Origin: Ginkgo biloba | Lineage: Eukaryota > Plantae > Ginkgophyta | Length of the DNA: 16,393 bases | Assembly (NCBI GenBank): GCA_024626585.2 | Contig: JANKJI020000004.1 | Coordinates: 2,465,910 to 2,482,302 of the forward strand | Direction: 5' to 3' | Part shown: positions 1-8,901 of the stretch, piece by piece | Position numbering within the stretch: the stretch's first letter is position 1 | Layout of the letters: each line of letters starts with the position of its first letter | Made by a program: the position numbers and the translations under genes | The notes under the pieces: generated by a model | What the model saw: the letters and a program-made list of their open reading frames with translations, nothing else | Databases searched by the model: none | Told to the model about the DNA's origin: nothing

Positions 1-187
1 CAAACACTTTATATGATTTCTTACATGATCTCAAAGTAAAAATTTCTCCTATATGACTATTATGTGCCTTATTTATATTGAATCCATAACCTCCACATAC
101 GTGATAACTATTTTCTATCTAAGAAAAGGAAATATACAAATAATTGAGATACAAAACCAAAATTAGCCCAATCCAAGTTATTCCAAT

Positions 188-235
188 ATTTGATATGACT
201 ATTATAAGAGCAATACCCATGATAAAAGGGATTGC
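188..235 (+). mobile_element. Fossil retrotransposon gag zinc knuckle (CX2CX4HX4C), degenerate
   Basis: Codons att tga tat gac tat tat aag agc aat acc cat gat aaa agg gat tgc read I*YDYYKSNTHDKRDC. Three A-to-G reversions (TGA>TGG, TAT>TGT twice) restore IWCDYCKSNTHDKRDC, which has exact zinc-knuckle spacing. The ancestral state is inferred. Confidence 0.4.
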
Positions 236-534
236 CAATCTAAGACTAAGGCCCTTAGGTATATGCAAGAATATATCCTTGTACATAATCCTACTTAATA
301 GGTTATTCTTTATCATCTAATACAACAAATATAATAAGATTCATATGAACCTATTCCCACATTAAAACCACCATTACCTCAAGCAAAAAAATCTAAATCA
401 TCATCCATTTCCACATTATATCCCTAACCTATAGTATGGATTCCATTTTATTCACCTAGAAGATTAGCTAATTTAAATCTAAAATTAAGAAGGTTTCAAG
501 TAATGAGTAAAGTGGGAATTATTTTTTTTTAATT

Positions 535-801
535 TATGACCTTTTAGTGACCTGAATAGTGACCCTTTTAGTATCTTGTTTGAGTCAAAATTGGTAATTT
601 TGAAGGGTAATTTTTAGCGACCCTAATTGCCACCTTTTATTTTATTGTATATCATAGGGAAATTTTTAATGGCCTTTATAATGACCTTTAGTAGCCAAAA
701 TAATGACCCTAATCACCACCTTTTTAGTGTTTTTTATTTTTTTTTAAAATTAGGCCTCAATAGCCAAAATTGTCTATAAGTTTAATTATAGGGGTGCTAC
801 A
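535..801. mobile_element. Probable LTR fragment with terminus GGGGTGCTACA (TGTAGCACCCC on minus) and short TAGCGACC-like internal repeats
   Basis: GGGGTGCTACA at 791-801 resembles the terminal inverted repeat of plant gypsy LTRs (TGTA.CACCC...GGGTG.TACA). About ten degenerate copies of (T)AGCGACC(C/T)TT / AATGACC lie at 535-725. The partner end and TSD were not found. Confidence 0.4.
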
Positions 802-1118
802 AAAGCTTACTAGAATCGACAAAAAAAAATATGGTGTGTATTTCCCTTTTTTCCACCAAAATACATTGCATTTTTTTCCCTCAACTCTTTATATTCATGG
901 CTAAAATGTTGATTTATAGTTTTAACATCATATTTTCACCAATTTTAATAGTTTTTCAAGCAAAAATTGTTATTCAATAGAAAAGGAGGATTTTTCATAT
1001 TTNNNNNNNNNNNNNNNNNNNNNNNNNNNNNNNNNNNNNNNNNNNNNNNNNNNNNNNNNNNNNNNNNNNNNNNNNNNNNNNNNNNNNNNNNNNNNNNNNN
1101 NNGGGTGTTTTGTTATTA

Positions 1119-1561
1119 TGGTAGGTTGAAACTATTGGGGCATCATGTGAAGTTAGTGACTTATTTCCTTTACTTTTTTTCCTTCTAGAAGATGTAGTTA
1201 GGAAGGAGAGTTTAACTTCTTTAGTGAACATTTTGTTATAATAAATAATTTCCCATTGATGTCAGATGAAAAATATCTAGGTTTTGGAGTTTAGAAAATG
1301 TAAAGCGTAAATGACGATAATCACTTGTGAAACCCCAAAAACCTGAAGGTAGCCTGTAGACTCGAGTCAAGAATTTAAAATTATGCAATTTGGGTATCAC
1401 TTTTGTAAATGATATTATGATATGTTCATCAAAGTATAGAGGTCATAAGACTCTCAAAATTTATGATGGTAATAACATTGAAGCTCACAAACCCGACCAA
1501 GTCATGTCCTCCTATTAATAAATATTCAAATCTGTGTCTATAAAAAACTAGGGGAGAAATA
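1119..1561 (+). repeat. Dispersed repeat, copy A (443 bp; direct repeat of 5092-5534)
   Basis: Manual alignment to 5092-5534 gives the same offset (3973) at start, middle and end. I counted 27 mismatches in the first 150 nt (~82% identity). Confidence 0.9.
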
Positions 1562-2359
1562 TTATTCAAAGTTTGAACTCCATATTCTATCTAGAAGTGA
1601 ATGTTTTCCAAATTTTATGGACTTTAATAAAGTATGATATAGAATTTATAAATAATTAGTGAAGTATGTATAATATCAGGCTATCAAATTTCAAAGAAGG
1701 GCCCTCTTCAACATGATATGGGCATTTTTCCAAATGACCAAAGCTCAAAAGGGTAAAAGAGAATGGGACCCACAAATTCAAAATGAAAAAAAATGGTGAC
1801 ATGATATTGATAGTCATTTTAGTCAATCATTGCCTCATGAATTTTAAAACTTTGGGGAATCATCCCATATTGAAATGGCAAAGGAAGTGGCCTACTTATT
1901 ATCTAGATTTAAAATCCTTTTCTTTTACAAATCTAATAATTTATTGTGAGATAATTCATACATTCAAGGAAGATAAAAGAGGAGAATATAGAGTTCAATT
2001 TTTTTGTATATTGAGTATTATTCGGTCACTCAAAGTTTATCTTAGTCTATAAATAATGACTAGAAGAAATCTAGGAGGATTAAGGGCTTCGGCATCTAAA
2101 GTTTCTTTATCAATAAAAATCCAAGATACCCTAGATATATTCCAATCCAAATTTAGGCTCATCTATGAAGGTTTTATTCATATGTACAAAGAAAGAAGAT
2201 AAGAAGATATTTTATGGAGATATAGTCTAGTGTAAGCAACAACTATCCCATATGCAATTNNNNNNNNNNNNNNNNNNNNNNNNNNNNNNNNNNNNNNNNN
2301 NNNNNNNNNNNNNNNNNNNNNNNNNNNNNNNNNNNNNNNNNNNNNNNNNNNNNNNNNNN

Positions 2360-3817
2360 AAATTAGTCTTTATGTGGATTTCTAAAATTTGAATTGAAAA
2401 TTGTTGAAGGGTAACTATACTTTATTAATAATTGATAAACTATTATGGATCATGACTAGAGTAGAAATGATGTCTATGTTAGATGGATTTTCTAGGTATA
2501 ATTTTGTATTAGTGGGAGAATATGACCATCACAAAATAACTTTCACTCCTCTATGGGGTATGTTTTCATACAAAAGGATTCCCTTTAAATTAATGAATGT
2601 TATATCTACCTTTCATAAGGCCATGGATTTTTCATTCAACAAGCTAGTTGGCCAAAGTATCATAATTTATTTGGATGATCTTATTTTGTTTTTTAATTGA
2701 GTAGATCACGTTGGTCATTGCAGAAGAATATTTGAGAGATACAAGAGTTTTGATATTTTTATTAATCCTAAGAAGTCAAGATTAGTATTAATTGAAGGGA
2801 AGTTATTGGGATATATTATCACAAAATAGGATACACATATAGATCTAGAGAGAGTAGGAGTAATCTAATCTATATACCCTTACTGTCTAACAAAAAATTG
2901 AACTAATCTTTCTTGGGAAAATTTAATTTTTTTATAAGATTTGTACATGACTTTGCCAACATTTTCTAACCAATTTCTCATCTATTAAATAAATACATGG
3001 AGTTTAAGTGGACCAAATATGCCAAGGAATATTTTTTAAAAATTAAGGATACTCTCACAATAACCCTAGTACTTATGACACTTGATTTTAATAAAGATTT
3101 TATCATTTAATCTCATGCTTCAGAGAAAGTAGTTGTTTCAAACTTGTTGAAAAGAGATGATAATAACTATGATGACCCCATCGCTTTTATGAGCAAGGTG
3201 TAGAAGGATTACAAGATGAGGTATTTAGACATTGAAAATAAAGTTTATTTCTTGGTCAAGGATGTCAAGGATTTTAGGCCATACATAATGATGAATAATA
3301 CTTTGTGTAATATTCCATTGGAAACCATCAAGTAGATGTTAAACTAATAGGGTTTGAGTGGAAAATGGGCCAACTAGGTCACCAAGATCCAATAATATGA
3401 TTTGGATGTCAAGACAACCAAAATTATTAGAGGTAAGAGGTTGTGCAAGTTAGTATTTGATTATATCATAGAGGAATCCTTGAATGAAGACTATGTGACT
3501 ATTAAAAATGTTGAGACTAACATGGTCCCATTAGATATAATTTTAAAATATCAAGATATGATCTTCTATTTGCGTAATGGGGAGTGTCTTAAAGGCTTAT
3601 CAAGAAATCAAAAGATAATATTGAAGCTAAGAGCCCCAAGATTATCTTGGTTGATGAGATACTTTTTAGGAAAAGTTATGACAACCTATTATTGAGATGT
3701 ATTGAATTGGATCAAGTGAATTTTTTTTTGAATGAATCTCATTCAAAAGTTTATAGGGGGAATTATGTTTCCTAGACCACTTCCTACACTGTTATTTAGG
3801 AAGAGTATTCTTGGTTG
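2360..3817 (+). mobile_element. Degenerate Ty3/gypsy LTR-retrotransposon pol (RT, RNase H, integrase N-terminal Zn-binding region), probably Tat-like
   Basis: RT motifs: ISLYVDF*NLN*KLLKGNY (cf. LCVDFRNLN..KDNY), MLDGFSRYN, TFTPLWGMFSYKRIPFKL, and YLDD at 2668-2679. RNase H-like region: DFNKDFII*SHASEK...PIAFMSK...DFRPYI. Integrase-proximal region: LLRCI...LNESHSKVYRGNY...EYSW. The RT-RH-INT order is gypsy type. It has many stops and frameshifts and ends before the integrase core. Confidence 0.92.
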
Positions 3818-5091
3818 ATCCGTATCTCCGTGGGTGAGTCAAAATCTCCCAATGTAAGTAATTATAACTTATTGATTTTATTAATTTGATTCAATAAATA
3901 AATAAACTCTGTGTCTAAATTATGGATGCATTCCCATTGATTGAATCTAAAAATTCAAGAATAAATAAATTTAAAACACATACACAAATGTTATATAGAG
4001 AAAAAAAGATTTTTAACTAGAGAAACCCTCATGGGGAATAAAAATCTAGATTGATATTAAAATGTGATTTCAACAAGAGATTACAATTCAATGCTTTTGC
4101 CTCTAGTTTTGAGATGCAACTCNNNNNNNNNNNNNNNNNNNNNNNNNNNNNNNNNNNNNNNNNNNNNNNNNNNNNNNNNNNNNNNNNNNNNNNNNNNNNN
4201 NNNNNNNNNNNNNNNNNNNNNNCATCATCTCTATGAAGGATACCAGGAACTAAATTAGTAATTGATTCACTTTCTAGGATTTCCATGAGGTATGCCATGA
4301 TAAATTTATCATGAAGAGAGGCTTTACACAAGACCCAAGGTTATGCCTCGCCTATAAAAATAAATGTTTAAACAACCTTAGTCTTATGAAGAGGGATAAT
4401 GAGAAGTATAGGGATCACAAGAAACAACAACTATTTTTTCATCACCCTTCATCTATATTTTTGTTCTTTCCATCACTTCCCATACCTAACACCATAACCT
4501 GCAAAAAGATTCCTCTATTTTTTATCCTAAACTAGATGAAAGTTTTTCCCATTGTGAGGAAATCAATCAATGCAACCAAGTGAGTTCCTTTCATGTCAAT
4601 TCTTTGGTTTGTAGTAAGTTTTGAATCATGGATGTGATTTATGCCGACAATTCCTTCGTTGGAGTTATCTTTTCAAGATCTCATATGTTAACAAAATGCT
4701 TAGTGCATATGAAAAGACACTCTATCAGTGCAAATTTAAAAGGACTGTATTAAAACTAATGATGGAAGATGCGATCTAAAGATACAACTAAAAAATAAAA
4801 TATTTTGGGATCTAAATACCCACAAGGGGTATTCCTCCCTAGGAAGGATTCCTTCTTGACCAATAAATAGGGCCTCATTTTTTTAAAAGAAACTATTGCA
4901 AGATCAAATAAAGTTTAAAATATATCATCCAAACCAAAGATTAGAGAACCATCCTAATGTGGCCAAGAAGAGCTAGAATAACCTAATCAAAAGAATTAAA
5001 CCTTTAAGTCTTAAAGTGATTAATTGATTCCTACATATAATACTCAACAATTTATTTTAAATCTCACTAATTCTATTTTTTTTGACTTTTG

Positions 5092-5534
5092 TGGTAGGTT
5101 AAAACTGTTGGGGCATCGCATGAAGTTAGTGGATGATTTCCTTTAATATTTTTCCTTCGAGAAGATGAAGTTAGGAAGGATAGTTTTAGGGTATAAGTGG
5201 ACATTCCATTATCATGAATAATTTCCCATTGATGTTAGATGAAAAATTATCATTTTTTAGAGTTCAATAAATATAAAGCATAAATGACAACAATAACTTG
5301 CGAAACCCCCAAAACTTGAAGGTAGCTTGGAGACTTAAGTTAGGAAGTTAAAACTATGTAATTTGGGTATCACATCTATAAATGAGTTTGTGATATATTG
5401 ATCATAGTTTGGAGGTCAAAATCCTCTCAAAATTTTGGCTAGCAATAACATTGAAGCTCGTAGACCCAACCAAGTCATGTGCTTATATTAATAAATATTC
5501 AAATCCATGTCTATTAAATACTAAGGGAGAAATA
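5092..5534 (+). repeat. Dispersed repeat, copy B (direct repeat of 1119-1561), runs into the N-run at 5536
   Basis: Shares long blocks with copy A, e.g. gaagttagtg, aataatttcccattgatg, aatttgggtatcac, aataacattgaagctc, tattaataaatattcaaatc. Confidence 0.9.
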
Positions 5535-5635
5535 GNNNNNNNNNNNNNNNNNNNNNNNNNNNNNNNNNNNNNNNNNNNNNNNNNNNNNNNNNNNNNNNNN
5601 NNNNNNNNNNNNNNNNNNNNNNNNNNNNNNNNNNN

Positions 5636-6149
5636 TGAATTTCGAGATGAGCGAAGCAGTCGTCCGATGGAATTTGATAATTGTGAACAAGATTGTCCTT
5701 TTCAGTTATAGGTACCACACTGATGGACAGTTCCAGCATCTTGGGGATCGAAACTTTAACGCTGTTAGATTTGGCAGTGCGTTCGACCGTTAGATCTCCT
5801 GATGGCGAATCCCAGACAGAGAGATGCCCTCGTGGAATGGTGAAGGGATGATTGTCGAAGGAGAAGAACAAGTGATCGAGCTTCTCGTCCCATTTGGCCA
5901 CTTTGTTTGCACCGACTGTGAAAGTGTGAGTGCCAAACATAATTCCGAGGGATTGAACCCAAGTGTAGTCTCGGCTTCTTCCTTCTGGCCTCTTACCAAT
6001 AAAATGGGCATTGATTTGCAGATGGTTGTCAGAAACCAGGCTGAAATCCTCGTTGCACTTGCCATGGAAATAAAACATGACTCCATCTCCTCCCACGAAG
6101 CGAGGATCGTAGCAGGCAGCTCCAATGCCTTCGCAATCAGGCTTTCGCT
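5636..6149 (-). CDS. Exon 2 (3'-incomplete) of Pro-rich Root_cap / LEA-related secreted protein
   Basis: Acceptor tgtaatctcAG at 6151-6150. Translation (K)RKPDCEGIGAACYDPRFVGGDGVMFYFHGK...LVSDNHLQINAHFIGKRPEGRSRDYTWVQSLGIMF...HNYQIPSDDCFAHLEI is the hallmark of the plant root cap / LEA-related family (Pfam Root_cap). The frame stays open until the N-run at 5635. Confidence 0.92.
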
Positions 6150-6258
6150 CTGAGATTACATTATATACGTTAATTAATTAAAACGGAATTTGCCAATAGA
6201 AAACAAATAATAATAATAATAAAAATAAAAGCATCACAGGGGTTGAAAGTAGTTATAC
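6150..6258 (-). other. 109-nt phase-1 GT-AG intron
   Basis: Donor AGGA|GTATAAC, acceptor CTCAG|AG, T-rich body on the coding strand. Splicing joins CETSCR-K-RKPDC in frame, matching the family C..C.RKP.C motif. Confidence 0.85.
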
Positions 6259-6853
6259 TCCTGCAGGATGTCTCGCATTTATGGCAGTCGATATAGCAGG
6301 CTTTAGCGGCAGGATCTCGTGGCCTGGTAGAGGGGCACTGATAAGGGCATGCGAGTGTCTTGCCTCCGCAACCATTCCCAGCACTGCCGTCGCAACGGAG
6401 ATAGTCTACTGGATGCATCGTAGGTGGAGGAGGATGGTTGGCAGGTACTGGTGGTGGTGGGGATGATTTGGGCGGCTGATTGGTGGGTGGTGGGGATGAT
6501 TTGGGTGGCGGATAAGTGTGTGCCGGTGGTGGTGGCGGCGGTGCTGATTTGGGTGAGGGATGAACGGGTGGAGACTGTTTTACAGTTGGTGGCGGTGATT
6601 TGGGTGAGGGATAAACGGGTGGAGACTGTTTTACAGTTGGCGGTGGTGATTTGGGTGAGGGATAAACGGGTGGAGACTGTTTCACAGTTGGTGGCGGTGA
6701 TGGCGATGGAGATGTGGGTGTTGGCTGAGTATTTGCATTCGGGATATCTGGTGAATATATAACTCCATCAGTTTGCGCACAAGTAGAATGAGCAAATAAA
6801 CCCAAAATCAATACCATCGTAGCAACTGCTGCTTTTCGCATCTCCATCTCCAT
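6259..6853 (-). CDS. Exon 1 of Pro-rich Root_cap / LEA-related protein: signal peptide, extensin-like Pro-rich domain, Cys-rich linker
   Basis: First ATG at 6853 in good context (gaaaATGG); the ORF-track start at 6862 is a TTG. Hydrophobic leader ..AAVATMVLILGLFAHSTCA|Q, then SPPP/SPPPP-rich repeats, then C..C..CP.QCP..CYIDCHKCETSC. Length is 595 nt (198 codons + 1). Confidence 0.9.
6545..6697 (-). repeat. Coding tandem repeat, 3 x 51 nt (PPPTVKQSPPV[Y/H]PSPKS)
   Basis: Units at 6545-6595, 6596-6646 and 6647-6697 differ at only a few positions. Confidence 0.95.
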
Positions 6854-6927
6854 TTTCGCCAATGCTGTTGAACTGAATGCAGCCGAGGAGGAAAGATACT
6901 GTGAATTGCAGTGGGATGGCCTGTAGG

Positions 6928-6935
6928 TATTTAAA
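6928..6935 (-). promoter_or_regulatory. Candidate TATA-like box (TTTAAATA) of the Root_cap gene
   Basis: cTTTAAATAcc on the minus strand, about 75 nt upstream of ATG 6853, in otherwise mixed-composition sequence. Positional inference only. Confidence 0.35.
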
Positions 6936-8256
6936 GCGACAATTTCAATAATGCAAAGTATTATGCAAGTTAATTACGCTGGCCCCATGGATTTTTTTGT
7001 TGACACCCATGTTACTCTTTGGCTTATTTCTAAGTTTGTTTCCCAATGGGTACCATTGACGCATCTCCCGTTGTGCACTTTCCTTGGTGTGTAATCGTGA
7101 CACATTTTGCTTTTCAATTGTTTTTTTCAATTGGTATTATTCAAATGTTTTCAGTCCCAGTTAATGTTTTCGCTGTGCCCTTTTGACTGGACATTTCAAT
7201 ATGCGATCTTCCATTGCAGGAATATTGATTATCTGAGTAAACATTGTGTTTAGAATTATCGATTAAAAATGACAAGATTACTTTTCATTTTTTATATTCA
7301 TGTGAGATAAAAAAAAAAAAAAAAATGGAATATTTGATAGGATGCAAATGTCGATAATTAAGATTAACCTATAATAGCTTCCAAATCGTCCTAAGTATTT
7401 GATTTATTGGATATAAAGAAGATTAATATTCAGTGGCCTAAGATCATCTTGGCATTAGACCAACTTAACCTACCAATGTTTATTAGCTTGTAATATGCTC
7501 CACCAAATCCATAATTTACACTCTATCTCCAATTGATAAAAATTGGCTCCTTGTCGACTTACGTTCATTATGTTCCTAAAATTTGTTTGATTTTTAAGTT
7601 AGTTATGACCATGTTTATGAGTAGTAAATTTCATCTCTTCTTGTAAATATATTTATTTGTTGATTAATGATGAAAAGGAAAAGTGAAGTTGTTCATAATG
7701 GCAATTATAATTCGATACCAATAGAGATATTTAGCATGCATGAGTCACATGACATAATGCCTATTGGTGGGCCACTCATATGTGGAAACTTGAGCCTCAA
7801 TTACTTGTTGAGAAAATAACTAGGTTTTCTTTTTCATATTAATATTATGTGTTAAGGAATTTGAAAATTCCTAAAAGCTTCTTGAGGCATGAAATGAGTT
7901 TGTGTGTATTCAAGAAGTGAGAATTTAAGGGCATGAAGTTATGTTGTATAGTTCATAAAACATTATAATATTTAGAGTGTGTCAAAATTTAAGTCAATAT
8001 GGTTAGTTAATGCATCATTAAGTAAAAGAAGAAAATATTTATATCCAAATATACATAAAATTAAATCATGTTTTTTGTTGAGTAAATTTACAAGTAGTAA
8101 TTATTTTTTCTAAAACATTTTTTTTTTTTTTTTATTTACTTACAACCAATTATTAANNNNNNNNNNNNNNNNNNNNNNNNNNNNNNNNNNNNNNNNNNNN
8201 NNNNNNNNNNNNNNNNNNNNNNNNNNNNNNNNNNNNNNNNNNNNNNNNNNNNNNNN

Positions 8257-8740
8257 CTCTTGAAACTGCGAGAAAAGCCCTTGATGGATGCATATCCCAT
8301 TTACTAATGTTAAAAATTATCTAATGTTTAGGGGTCTTGAAAAATGCGATCATATATTCATGCTTATCTTCTGTAAACTATGTTTTCCGGGATATACAAA
8401 CATCCCTAGCAATCATACAGAATCGCGTGTTATCTTGAAAATAAGAGAAAATCCCTTGATTGATGCGTGTGCTGTCTATGTATATTATCAATTATCAATG
8501 CTTTTAGGGTCTTAAAATATGCTATCTTTAATTGATGCATAAGTTCTGTAAAATGTATTCTCTGGAAATAGACATCCCTAGCAATTTCAACCTGCAGAAA
8601 TGTATTTTCTTCCGAAAATGAGAGAAAAGCCATCGATTGATTCATTTGGTAATGAATTGATATATTATCAATCAGGAATGGATATGCTATTTTTGGGTGT
8701 TGACATAATTTTTGGTTATTGATGCATATGTTCGTAGAAC
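8257..8740 (+). repeat. Degenerate tandem repeat, ~175-180-nt unit, ~2.7 visible copies, directly upstream of the receptor kinase
   Basis: Recurring anchors: gagaaaa at 8270/8445/8622, acatccctagcaat at 8400/8572, tatattatcaat at 8481/8661, ttgatgcata at 8532/8720. It may extend into the N-run 8157-8256. Confidence 0.8.
8290..8687. promoter_or_regulatory. Three P1BS motifs (GNATATNC, PHR1 binding sequence)
   Basis: GCATATCC at 8290-8297, GGATATAC at 8390-8397 and GGATATGC at 8680-8687, all within ~620 nt of ATG 8902. The motif matches are direct; function is unproven. Confidence 0.45.
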
Positions 8741-8822
8741 ACGTTTCCTGCAGGGAGTTCAAGAAGGAAATTACGAGAAGGCCTCATCATGGGCATGATC
8801 AGAAGAATAAGAAGGCTTCTAC

Positions 8823-8828
8823 TATAAA
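8823..8828 (+). promoter_or_regulatory. Candidate TATA box of the receptor kinase gene
   Basis: cTATAAAg about 75 nt upstream of ATG 8902. Confidence 0.45.
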
Positions 8829-8901
8829 GCATGCCCTGCACCGACGACCAATAACCCTTGTGACCACATTTGGCCTTTAGGTTTATATATTCTTATAAAG
8901 T

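Noticed and set aside
119-316. Hydrophobic 65-aa minus-strand ORF (membrane or organellar protein?)
   Set aside because: No recognisable family. The hydrophobicity is what the T-rich antisense of an A-rich strand produces, and the opposite strand looks like decayed gag.
3989-5049. Possible additional LTR pieces (copia-like gaaaccctc..gggaa at ~4022; ataaataggg at ~4864; ...tcaaca end at 5049)
   Set aside because: Only vague resemblance, with no matching termini or TSD found.
5765-6762. Overlapping ORFs 5765-5962, 5790-6125, 5824-6153, 6281-6466, 6424-6762
   Set aside because: Alternative-frame or antisense shadows of the GC-rich Root_cap exons and their 51-nt repeat.
7094-7108. Root-hair element (RHE)-like TG..TCACG upstream of the Root_cap gene
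   Set aside because: The spacer between TG and KCACG is 2 nt, not the 3-4 nt required by the consensus.
8831-8854. Short upstream ORF MPCTDDQ before the kinase
   Set aside because: Its ATG lies immediately after the TATA candidate, so it is probably upstream of the transcription start.
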